Part shown: piece after piece, positions 47,101-59,100 of the stretch | Layout of the letters: each line of letters opens with the position of its first letter | How positions within the stretch are numbered: position 1 is the stretch's first letter | Source of the DNA: Macrostomum lignano | Lineage: Eukaryota | DNA: 64,000 bases | Assembly: GCA_002269645.1 (NCBI GenBank) | Contig: NIVC01000891.1 | Location: forward strand, 186,001 to 250,000 | Direction: 5' to 3' | Notes under the pieces: generated by a model | The model's input: the letters and a program-made list of their open reading frames with translations, nothing else | Told to the model about the DNA's origin: nothing | The model's database searches: none | Made by a program: the position numbers and the translations under genes

Positions 47101-50100
47101 AAAGTACAAATTGTCACAAACCAACAAAAGGCAATAACAATCTGGACTGGACTAAAAACCGATCGCTGGTCAAAAGTCCCACACCGGATGGCAGGCTTGC
47201 AGGAATTAGAAAGCCATTTGTACGATTGAAATGATAAAATGAATTTGTTAAAGCATCAGGCCGATGTTAAAGATCTTACCAGAATTCGCTCCGTCCAGGG
47301 CTGCGAAATTACAACAGCATGCGAGGTTATGCGCCAGTTAATATTACAATAAATGCCACAACATGCAATATTATACTTGTAGTTAACGTGCTAACTACAC
47401 TACTACTGACTGGAATAATAGTAGTATAGCAGTGAAGTATAAGTGAGCATTTGTTTGAGCACAACATTCACGATTAAAGCGCAAAGTACCCACCTTGGCC
47501 TGAGCCAGCAGGGCTCGCAGGTGCTCAGCGTTCAGCCGCGCCGATGGCAGGTCGGCCTCCTCGGCCTCTGCCCGGCCCAGCCAGGCCTCCAGCTGCTCCA
47601 GCCCGTCGGCCAGCTCGCCGGCCAACGGCGTCAGCTCGTCCAGTCTGGCGCGCCGATCCGACGCCAGGCGCGTCGCGGCCGCCTCGGCCAACCGGGCCGC
47701 CTCCATGGACGCCCGCAGCCGGCCGTGGTCGTGGGCCGGCCACTCGTGCAGCACCGCCCGGCCGGCCAGTTGAGCGTCCGAGCAAGTGGCCGACAGGCCG
47801 GCGAGCTCGGCGGCGAGCGACTTCAGAGCGGCCACCTGGCCGGCCAGTAGACGCGGGTCGCTGGCCGGGGGCTCCAGCGCCGCCAGCCGCCGCTCCAGCC
47901 GGCGAATTTTGTCCGCGACGTCGTCCAGACGATCGGCGGCGTCGCCGGCGCGAATTCCGGCAGCGTCGGCGCGGGCCAGCCGATCGGCCAGCGACTCCTC
48001 GGCGCGTCGGTAGCGGGCCTGGTCGCGCTCGGCGACGTCCTCGATGGTGTCGGCGGCCTCGTCGGGCAGAAGGCGCTTCAGGGCGGCGCCGTCCGACTCG
48101 ACGGTGGTGAGGCTCGGCCGGAGCCGCTTGAGCTCGCTGTCGATGCGGGCCAGCTCGCCTGAGCAGAGGGGGGTTCTCATCTTTTAATCCGAGCTCAAAT
48201 GACTCAAACGAGCTCAAATGACAGAATTTCTCAACTGACTCAAGCTCAGCACCGAGGACATCTCAAATGACTCAAGCTCAGCACAGAGGCCATCTCAAAT
48301 GACTCAAGATCAGCACAGAGGCCATCTCAAATGACTCAAGCTCAGCACAGAGGCCATCTCAAATGACTCAAGCTCAGCACAGAGGCCATCTCAAATGACT
48401 CAAGCTCAGCACAGAGGCCATCTCAAATGACTCAAGCTCAGCACAGAGGCCATCTCAAATGACTCAAGATCAGCACAGAGGCCATCTCAAATGACTCAAG
48501 CTCAGCACAGAGGCCATCTCAAATGACTCAAGCTCAGCACAGAGGACATCTCAAATGACTCAAGCTCAGCACAGAGGACATCTCAAATGACTCAAGCTCA
48601 GCACAGAGGACATCTCAAATGACTCAAGCTCAGCACAGAGGCCTCAAATGACTCAAGATATCCAGACTGAATTTCCCAAGCCTCTCTCCTCCTCACCCGA
48701 GTCGGTGTCGGCCCGCCGGGACCGCAGCGCGGCCTCCAGCTCGGGCAGCCGCAGCTCCAGCTGCTGATGGGCGGCAGCGAAGCTCTCGGCCAGCGGCAGC
48801 GCCCGCTCCAGCTGGTCCAGCTTGCCAGCCGCTTTCCTGCGCAGCTCGGCGAAGTACTGCGACAGCGAGGCCACCCGGGCGCGAATCTCCTCGGTCTCGG
48901 CCGGCTCCAGGGCGGGCACGCCAGGCACGTCGGTGTCGCCGGCGGCGAGGCAGGCGGCGCGTCGCTCAAGCTCGTCCATGTCGGCCTGGTGCGCCTCGAT
49001 GTCGTCGTTCACCTTCTGTGTAGAATTTTCGGGGCATAACAGAAACATAAATAATTAAAGTGCGGTCCTCTTTGCTAACTGCCTGGTCAGTTAGAATTCA
49101 AAGCTTTACGGTTATGATTACACGTCATAAATAGATGTTAAACAGTCTAAATGTTATCAATCAATGTTAAATGTTGAATGCTGTTAAAACGTGAAATATA
49201 ATTCATTACTGATATCGTTCTAGCTGTAGAAATCGGAGGTTTTGTTAAAATTGTCCTCCCAGGCGAGAGATGTGTTAGGGACAGGTAGCTGCGGTGTGGT
49301 TAGGGATCGGCCTGGTTGTCAGGCGGTTCATTACCACTAGCATAAGCACGGCCTCCCTATCAGGGCCCGGGTGCAGACCGGTGACCTGGGCGCCGGAGTC
49401 CACCTGGCTGTCGGTGTGGCAAAGCCAGGTGGACAGCTCGTTGCACAGCTGGCTGTACAGCCGCAGGTGCTCGCCCATGGCTAGCAGGGCTTCCAGCCTC
49501 GACTCAACAGAGTCGAACAGCTCCTTGTGGCTGGCGCTCAGGTGGTTGAGCTGCTTCTGCACCAGTTCGCGGTCGGCGGGGTCGGCCACGGATTCGGCCA
49601 GGCGGCGGCCGAGCACGTTAACTAGGCGCAGCTGCGGCTGCAGGTCTGTGAGACCGTTGACAGCCACCTAGTGCGGTTGCGATGGACTGGCTTGTTCTGA
49701 TTGGCTGATTGATTAATTGATTGATTGATTGACTGATTGATTGATTGTTTGATTGATTAATTGATTGTTTGATTGATTGATTGATTGATTGACTGATTGA
49801 TTGATTGATTGACTGATTGTTTGATTGTTTGATTGATTAATTGATTGATTGATTGATTGATTGATTGGCTGATTGATTGACTGATTGATTGATCGATCGT
49901 CTGCAGCTCAGGACTTGCACAGGGTGAGGGACTCAAGCTCTGCGACTCAGACCGGAACTTGGCGACTCCAGTTTATTACAATATCGGCTTACATGCCAAT
50001 AATTAATCACTTTTACAACAACAAAAGTGTCAAAATCCATTCGATACTGGGAAATCTACAGTCACTTCCTATTTTAGAAAAATGGGTATTACATATTGTT

Positions 50101-53100
50101 TTTAACTCACGAAATGTTCAATAACAAAATATTAAACAGTAGCTTAAAAACTAAACAATGATACTGAATTACAGGGTAAATACTTGTTTCCAAACACAGG
50201 AGTCCCTATTCACCTATTTATCTATTGGTGAATCCCTATTCAACTATTGGGGAATCCCTATTCAACTATTGGGGAATCCCTATTCAACTATTGGGGAATC
50301 CCTATTCAACTACAGGGGAATCCCTACTTATTGTAGGAGTCCACGCTTAACTTTTGCGAACACAAAAATTCAAGCAAAGGGAAATCCAAATAAAATATTG
50401 CGGAAGTCCGTAGCAATAGACGAACCGCCACATATCGGCACGCGGAAATCCCAAGCCCCACTGCCCCAAGCGCGGCCCCGAATCGAACCTTGTGCTCAGC
50501 GATGAGCCTGGCGATGCGGTCGGCATTGGTGGAGCCGCACTCCAGCTCGGCCACTCGCCGTCTGAATGCGTCCAGCGCGGCCAGCAGCGGGTCGTACTTG
50601 GCCCGGAACTCGGCCGCCAGGTCCCGCGTCCGGTCCAGGCGAGCCCGACGGTCGGTTAGGCGGGCCAGCGCAGACTCGTAGCGCTTGGCAACGTCTTCGG
50701 CGTCCGGCACAGCCGTTGGGTCTTCGGCCGCTTCGGCCAGAGTGCGCAGCTCGGCCAACAGCGGCCGACGGTCGGCGAACCGGCCGAGCAGACGGTCAAT
50801 GTCCTGCGGGGGCGGCGCGGAGTGGAGTGGCAGCTGGTATTGCACCGACTGACCTTACTCTGGCGCCTCTTGGAATAAATTTGGCGTCCCTTGCAGTAAC
50901 TTTGGCGCACTTGCAGAAGCTTTCACGCCCCTTACAAAAGCTTTCGCTCCCCTTAAAGAAGCTTTGGCTCCCCTTACAGAAGCTTTGGCGCCCCGTACAG
51001 AAGCTTCGGCGCCCCTGGCAGAAGCTTCGGCGCCCCTTGCAGAAGCTTCGGCGCCCCTTGCAGAAGCTTTGGCGCCCCTTACAGAAGCTTTGGCGCCCCT
51101 TACAGAAGCTTTGGCTCCCCTTACAGAAGCTTTGGTGCCCCTTACAGAAGCTTTGGCGCCCCTTACAGAAGCTTTGGCTCCCCTTACAGAAGCTTTGGTG
51201 CCCCTTACAGAAGCTTTGGCGCCCCTTACAGAAGCTTTGGCTCCCCTTACAGAAGCTTTGGTGCCCCTTACAGAAACTTTGGCGCCCCTTACAGAAGCTT
51301 TGGCGTCCCTTACAGAAGCTTTGGCGTCCCTTACAGAAACTTTGGCGCCCCTTACAGAAGCTTTGGCGTCCCTTACAGAAGCTTTGGCGTCCCTTACAGA
51401 AGCTTTGGCGTCCCTTACAGAAACTTTGGCGCCCCTTACAGAAGCTTTGGCTCCCCTTACAGAAGCTTTGGCGCCCCTTACAGAATCGTTGGCGCCCTTG
51501 CAGTAACTTTGGTGCTCAATTCACTAGTGTTGACTATACTACTACTATTCTCCAACTCAATAGTAGTGCACTTCAGCAAGAGTAACTACAACTATAATAT
51601 TGCATGTTGTGGCATTTATTTTATGAATAATATTGGCGCACCTTGCGAAGTTTAGAATACTAATCGAGAATAATACAAATATACCATTAGCGTAAGAGCC
51701 CTGGAATAGGGCTGAGGCGCTCGCAACATATAAAATGAAAAATGCGAAGTTTAGAACTTTTCTCACCTGCAGTTGGGCAGCCAGCGAGTTCGGGTCATTC
51801 AGCGCCGTTGCGGCGTCCCCGGCGCCGGCTGTCGGGCCAGCGGCGCCGGCGGCGCTCTCGCACTCGGCCAGCCAATCGCGCCACGCTTTGAGCGCCTCAG
51901 CGAATCGGCCGCCCCGTAGGGCGCGATTTTCTGCGCGTTCGCGCGCGCCCGCCAAATCGTCGCGCAACTGGCGCAGCTCAGCCTGCAGCGCGTCGATGGC
52001 GCCGGAGAGGCTGGCGGCCGCGGCGGGCGACGCACCGTGCGCCGAAGCCAGCAGCGACTGGCCGGAGGCCGTCAGCTCGCCGCAGCAGGTCTCCAGCGGT
52101 GCCAGCGGATCGCGCTGGAACTCCGCCAGCTGCTCGGGCAAGGCGGGCTTGTCGGAGCCGGCGATGGTCTGAAGCCGCTCTCGCGCCGATCCGATGTCGC
52201 CACGCGCCGCAACCAGTTCGCGCTCCAATCGTTCCAGTTCGTCCAGTCGGCTTCGAAGCGCCGATCGTCGCTCGTCGGCCCGGCGCGCCAGCCGGCGGTT
52301 CTGCTCACGCAGCCGGTCCAGCCGCTGGCCGAGCCGTTGGTCGCCGGCGGCAAAGTCGGCCAGGCTGTCGGCCTGATCGGCTAGCTCGCCCAGCCGGTCC
52401 TGGACGGAGCGAAGGTCTTCCAGCTGATCCCGCAAGGTGTCCAAGTCCAGCGAAGCCTGCGGTATCGCGTCCAGGCGGCTCTCGATGGTGGCCTGCTCGC
52501 CGCTCAGCCGGCGCGCCTTGTCCTGCGAGGGTTTCGGGGAAAGCTTTGAAAATTTGCATCGAAAAAGGAGATTCGAACTCGCGACCACAGATAAGCACAG
52601 ATTATAAAACACTTTGACAGGCCACCCGCTATCAATGCACTTCCATTTGAGCACACAGAGTGCGATTTACTGCCGGATTTGTCGGTTTTGGCCATAGACA
52701 AAACCAGTGGGTGGCTGTAAGTTAAGCTAAGTTGGTCGCGGTTAGTACGCAGCTGAAGCTGAGCTTGAGTCCCCACTCCCCCTGCACAAAGGAGAATCAA
52801 GTCGAGCATCGCTCCCACCTTGAACTGGCTGAGCACCTCCGACCCGGCAGCCAGGCGGCTCGCCAGCTCGCGCAGCCGCTCCTCCAGCACGCTGCGACGC
52901 GCCGACACTGCGCCGGCTTCGTCAACAATTTCGGCGCCAATCGCGGGCGCCGAAGCCAGCCGGTCGGCGAGAGCGGCGGCGCCGGACACCAGCTGGGCGG
53001 CGGGTGGCGCCAGAGCTTCGACAGTCTCTAGCAGGGCGGCAACTCGGTCGGCGAATTTCGAATCGCTGCTCGTCTTGGCGGCGCCGGCGGGGTCGCCGTC

Positions 53101-56100
53101 GGAGTTCAGCGCCGACCAGCGGTCCTCGGCGCGGTCCAGTTGTGTCTGTTGGAAATGAAAACAGTTTCATGTATGCAGTAGTAGTTCGCAATGCACTACT
53201 ACAGAGATGTTCTTAGCATGCTACTAACTGAGTAGCAACATGCGATGGCGAAAGCTTTGCAGGCCTCACCTGACAGTCCGCCAGCCGCTCGGCGTGCAGC
53301 CGCAGCAGCTCCGCCACGGCCTCGGCCTCGGCCAGCAGTCGTCCGGCCCGTTCGCGCAGCTCGGACAATCGCGAATCGATTTCGGTCACTTCACTGCCGA
53401 TTCGAACTCCGGACGACGCGCCGTGGTCGGCCAGCGCGGCGGTCAGCTCGTCGGCGAGTTGCTTCAATTCCGCCGCTTCAAGCGCCGCCTTCTGGTCGAG
53501 TTCGCCGACAATGTGGCGCAGCTCCTGGACGGCTTGGCTGCCGGCCGGACTGTCCGGACGATCGGCGGCCAGCGCCGACTCTTTGGTGGCCAGTTTGGCC
53601 TCCTCCAGGCCCAGCCAGGCCTGCAGGCGGCTGCAGCGCTCGGCGTATTTGGCGAGTAGCTCGGAGAGCCTGCGTTGGGCAATGACGGGTGGAATCATGT
53701 GCAGAATGTATCATGTGCAGAATGTATCATGTGCAGAATGTATAATGTGCAGAATGTATCATGTATAGAATGTATCGTGTGCAGAATGTATCATGTGCAG
53801 AATTTATCATGTACAGAATGTATCATGTGCAGAATGTATCATGTACAGAATTTATCATGTACAGAATGTATCATGTGCAGAATTTATCATGTGCAGAATG
53901 TATCATGTACAGAATGTATCATGTACAGAATGTATCATGTACAGAATGTATCGTGTGCAGAATGTATCATGTACAGAATGTATCATGTACAGAATGTATC
54001 ATGTACAGAATTTATCATGTACAGAATGTATCATGTGCAGAATTTATCATGTGCAGAATGTATCATGTACAGAATGTATCATGTACAGAATGTATCATGT
54101 ACAGAATGTATCGTGTGCAGAATAGAACCACTTGAAGCTCCTAAAGCACAAACCTGCTCAATGCGCTCCTCAGCGTCTCCGTGTCGCTATCCAGCTCGGC
54201 CAGTCCGGATTGAACCCTGTTCAGCGCCTCGCGGCATCGTCCGGAGGCGCCACTTCCGCCTCCAGCATCTCCAGTCGCTGCACCGTCGGTGAGCTGCAGC
54301 ATGAGCTCCCGGGACTCCGCCTCGCGCCAGCTGATCTCCCCGGCCAGTCGAGACAGGCCGCGAAGTCGCTCGGCCAGCCGGCGTCCGGCTTCCTCCGAGG
54401 CGGCCGAGTCCGCGGCGACGTCAGCGCGGAGCTCGTCGAGGCGAGCCCGGCCGATGGGCAGCCAATCGGACAGCCGCTGCACCCGCTGCAGCATCTGGTC
54501 CTCGGCCTGGCCGGCCCGGGCCCGGCGCTGCGCCAGCTCGGCCAGGCGGGCCTCCAGCTCGCGCAGCTGCCGTTCTACACCGGACAGCTTCGTGCGCAGG
54601 TCGAACTGCGTCGCAGGATCGTCGGCGGCGGCTTCGCACAGTCGTCGGCAGAGGTCGCGCGCCTGCGACAGGTCCGACCGGAACGATGCCAGCTCCTCGT
54701 CTGTTGGCCGGCCTGCGGATGATGGTAGATGAGAGTCACCTCCCGATCTGACATCCCGTCACCAGCCCGATCGATCTGACAGCCCGTCACCACCCCGATC
54801 TGACATCCCGTCACCAGCCCGATCTGACAGCCCGTCACCGCCCAACCAACACACCAGCTTCCCCGGCCTCATCCAGTCGATCAACTGCAGCGGGCAGCGC
54901 TTCGCCCAGCCGGCCCAGCAGGGCGTAGAAGTCCAGGGTCGGCTGGCGCAGCTGCTCCAAGGCGGCCGCTCGTTCAGCCAGTCGGCGCCGCAAGTTCTCC
55001 AGCGCGGCCAGCAGGTCGGCGAGGCCGGACCGCACGCGGTTGACGGCCGCCGTCGCTGCCTCCGTCGCGGAATTTTTATCGTCATCGGCAGCCTGCGATG
55101 CCAGCAGTTCCAGCAGGGCTATCAGCGCCTCGCAGGTGGCTCGGAGTTGATCTGCTGCCGGCTGCTTTGAGTCCAGCTCGTCTAGGAGGAGGCTCACCTG
55201 CGCGCGGGGAGAGCGCAGTATTGCACAGTTTAGGAATGAAATTCACTACTGCTTAGGATGCGTCATGGGCCCAGCCCGTCACCGCCCCAGCCCGTCATCA
55301 ACTAAGCCCGTCACCGCCCCAGCCCGTCATCAACTAAGCCCGTCACCGCCCCAGCCCGTCATCAACTAAGCCCGTCACCGCCCCAGCCCGTCATCAACTA
55401 AGCCCGTCACCGCCCCAGCCCGTCACCGCCCCAGCCCGTCATCATCCCAGCCCGTCATCACCCCAGCCCGTCACCGCCCCAGCCCGTCACCGCCCTAGCC
55501 CGTCACTACCTCAGCCCGTCACCACCTCAGCCCGTCACCGCCCCAGCCCGTCACCGCCCCAGCCCGTCACCGCCCCAGCACGTCACTACCTCAGCCCGTC
55601 ACCGCCCCAGCCCGTCACCGCCCCAGCCCGTCACTACCTCAGCCCGTCACCACCCCAGCCCGTCACCGCCCTAGCCCGTCACCGCTCCAGCCCGTCACCG
55701 CCCCAGCCCGTCACCAACCTGCTGAGCCTGGGCGCTGGCCAGAGCAGGCGTGGTCACCACGGGCCCCAGCACAGCCAGCATTCGCTCCTTCTGCGTGACC
55801 CAGTGCCGCAGGTTGTCGCACTGAGCTTCCCGGTCGGCCAGCAGCTCCACCAGCCGTCGGGCAGTCGTGAGTCGCGCCGCCACCCGGCCAATGAGTTCGG
55901 ACAGTCGAGTGGCCAAACGGCTGGCTGATTCGCCGACGTGTCGAGCTCCGACCACGCCGGCCGCTGGCCGATTTCGCTGCAGCTGCTCGGCCGAGGCCGT
56001 CACGCCGGCCACCAGCGGCTCAACGTCGGCGGCCAGGCTGCGCTGAAAGTCGGCCGCCAGACGGACACTTCGCTCCGCCTCCGGCTGGGTGTCGATGACC

Positions 56101-59100
56101 GAAGACGACGAAATGGAGGCGGCTTCGGCCTCCTTGGCTTCCAGAGCGGCCTGGGCGGCGGCGTAGGCGGCCCAGAAGCGCTTCAGCTGGTCGGCGGCGC
56201 TGTCGATGTCGGCGCTACGGCGGCACAGGGCGTCGCCAATTGAAGCGTAGCGGCCCTGAAGGTCGTCCAGTTCTTGAGCGATCTCGGACAGCTCTGCCAA
56301 GAGTGCGGGACCGGCTGGGTTAAAATTTACAATGTGTACTTTTTAAAAAAATAAACAGATGTACACAACAAGCGTCGTATTTTACAATCCAACCACCCAC
56401 AAAGCACTAGTTTAAGTAGTAGAAAATAGAATTAATTACGCTCGTAGATAAATAAACAAACACAGCGTGCCAGAAATGTGGAGCATGCTGGAGCAGAAAA
56501 TAAAAACACGATTTGTCTACTTATAGTAGTCCAGAGGTTGGCAAAATCCGGCCTTTCGGGTCCTTTGAAACTTCCGGCCCGCTCAATGTTTGTCTATTCT
56601 CTCCTCTCTCCCCTCTCCCCTATTTCCCGCTTCTCGCCCTCTCTCCCCTCTTTCCCGCTTCTCTCCCCTCTTCCCTCTTCCCCGTTTCTCTCTCCCCTCT
56701 TTCCCGCTTCTCTCCCCTCTCTCCCCTCTTTCCCGCTTTTCTCCCCTCTTCCCTCTTCCCCGTTTCTCTCTCCCCTCTTTCTCGCTTCTCTCCTCTCTCC
56801 CCTTTCTCCTCTCTTCCCTCTTTCTCGTTTCTCTCCCCTCTCCCCTCTCTCCCCTCTCTCCTCTCTCCCTCTCTCCTCCCTCTCTCTTCTCTCGTCCCTC
56901 CCCTCTTTTATCCTCTTGTCTTCTTTCTTATCTCTTTTCTCTAATCTCTAATCTTCTATTTCCTCTCCTTTCCTCTCTCATCTGGCCCCTAGCCATGAGC
57001 TGGATTCTTCATCCGGCCCTTGGGATAAAAAGACCACAACGAGGAAATAAGCATGCGGTACAACATCTAGGAAACTACATGGTGCGTCATTAGCTTAAAA
57101 TTTCGGTTACCATGCAACGAGGCCGTGTTGCCAACGCTGCTGCAGATTCCGCTAGACTCGGAGCTGGACACCGGACTAAGAGGCGACCGCAGGAGCGGAG
57201 AATTCCTTGCCCAGCCTGCGGTCGTCCAGCGTTATTGATATTTTTTTAATATATATATTTTACAATGTATGTTGTTCCATCAAGGAAGCCAAAATACTAC
57301 AAGAGCGAAGCTGATCGAATATTTCTATGAAAATATGACAGCTATACCAGTGCGTCGGTGCGCGATGTTCTGTCAGCTAGTCTTAATAATAACTAATGCT
57401 AATTTCTATCTGCAGCTAATAATTTGAGTAATTTATCATGCAAACTGACTCTGCGATTAAAATGTAAATCCATCATGTTTAGAGGGGGGGGGGGGTGCGT
57501 AGCCCAGTGGTGTACCAGCGGCCCAGGCTCGATTCCAAGTGCAGTCACATTGATTTTGGAGCTAAATTGGAATCTCGGCTTAGGCCAACCCCCAAGGCAC
57601 ATTCGTGAAGTGAAGCTTTTAAAACACTCGATCAGCTGTCAACACATTTTTTGTTTATTGGAAAACCCAACAGTAGCCTCGAACCTACAGTTTCAAGATC
57701 AGTACATGTTAAATAAGCCAGAGGTATTTTGTTGCTTGTGATTTTTTCAGGCGAAAAACCTGGCCTCATAAATCTGAGCGATTCTAGCTCGTATGTTCTT
57801 TATCATTAAGTCACGTGACTGACTGAGTAAGACGAGAAAAGCTAAATGGGTCGTAAATAACACGAAGCAATACTTTCTGTCAGTAGTGTGTTGCGACTGC
57901 TGTGAACATTTTGTTGCAGGACTGCTAGTTTTGCCCAGGTTGTCCAGATAGTTGCTAGCCTATTCATTAAACCTCTGCGGTAGACGGCTTATTAGTTATT
58001 TATTATTATTACTGACTGTCAACAGATCGGACACTCACGCGGCCGTTTCGGACTCGTCGGGCTGGCGGAGCCGGCAGCTGCGGCAGCTCCAGCGCCGCTG
58101 CCGTTAAGAGCGACGTCGAAAGCCAGTCCAGCCACCATCAGGCGGTCCATGGCCGGCTGGAACTCCTCGAACTGCCCGGTGAAGTCGTCGGCTGTTTGAC
58201 GCTGCGCCGTCAATTCGTCGGCGTCGAGCGCCACAGGCGGCAGGCCGCGCAGGCGGGCCTCGGCCCGGCCCAGCCAGTCGAGCGCCTCCCGCCTGGCCCG
58301 GTCGAACTCGTCAGCCCGCGATCGGCGCAGTCGGAGCTCCTCGGCGCGGGCCTCCATGCGCGAATTGAAATCTGTCCACAGCTGCTCCACCTGAATAAGC
58401 GAAATCAAAGGTAAACAGCAGAAGTAACTATGCGTTGGTTTATACAGTTAAATGATTCGTCATCTAATTAGTTGTTCAATCCAATGGGGAATCAACGAAC
58501 CTCCTGCCAGGCGTCTCGCACGAACTCGCCGGCAGCTCCGGCCGATTCGGCGGCTGCCGCTCCCTCGGGCTGCTCCGCGGCCTCGCCGGCGGCGCTTGTC
58601 GCCATCCTCAACAGTTCCCTGGCCAGAGTCCGCACGGTGGCCAGGCCGCCCTCGGCCAGCTCCGCCCGCTGCCTGTCTAGAGAGGCCAGCCGTTCCGACC
58701 AGGCGGCGTCTGTCGCGGCGGCGGCCGCCGCGGTCGGCAACGGGGCGGCAAGCGCCGGCACCTGCTGGGCCAGCCAGGCTCGGGTCGGCCGGGACGCCGA
58801 CAGAAACTCCGACAGGCGGTCGCGCGCCGAATCGACGGCGTCTCGACGCTCCGCCAGCCGCCGGGCGACCTCGTCGAATTGACGACGGCAGGCGTCGGCG
58901 CGCTCGCGCAGCTGCCCGGTGGCCGACGCCGAGGCTGGCGACGCGGCCGCCTCCGCCTCGGCCAGGCCGTCCTCGGCCGCCTGCAGCGAGGCCTGGCGGC
59001 ACTGCAGCTCCGCCTCCAGCACTTTCACCTGCTGGGCCTGCGGCATTCGGACAACGACGATAATTGAGAGATAAAGTACACACGCGCTCCAAAAGGGGCT

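Noticed and set aside
47280-47300. 21-nt segment with a good acceptor and GTAAGA donor
   Set aside because: The host intron is phase 0, so it would insert PWTERIL into the middle of a continuous spectrin helix (LLAQAK|SLQDQ). Likely a chance match without RNA evidence.
52560-52635. tRNA-like B-box (GAGTTCGAATCTC followed by TTTTT) on the minus strand; another GGTTCGATTCC near 60662
   Set aside because: No cloverleaf or acceptor stem can be formed. At most these are degenerate SINE heads, not tRNA genes.
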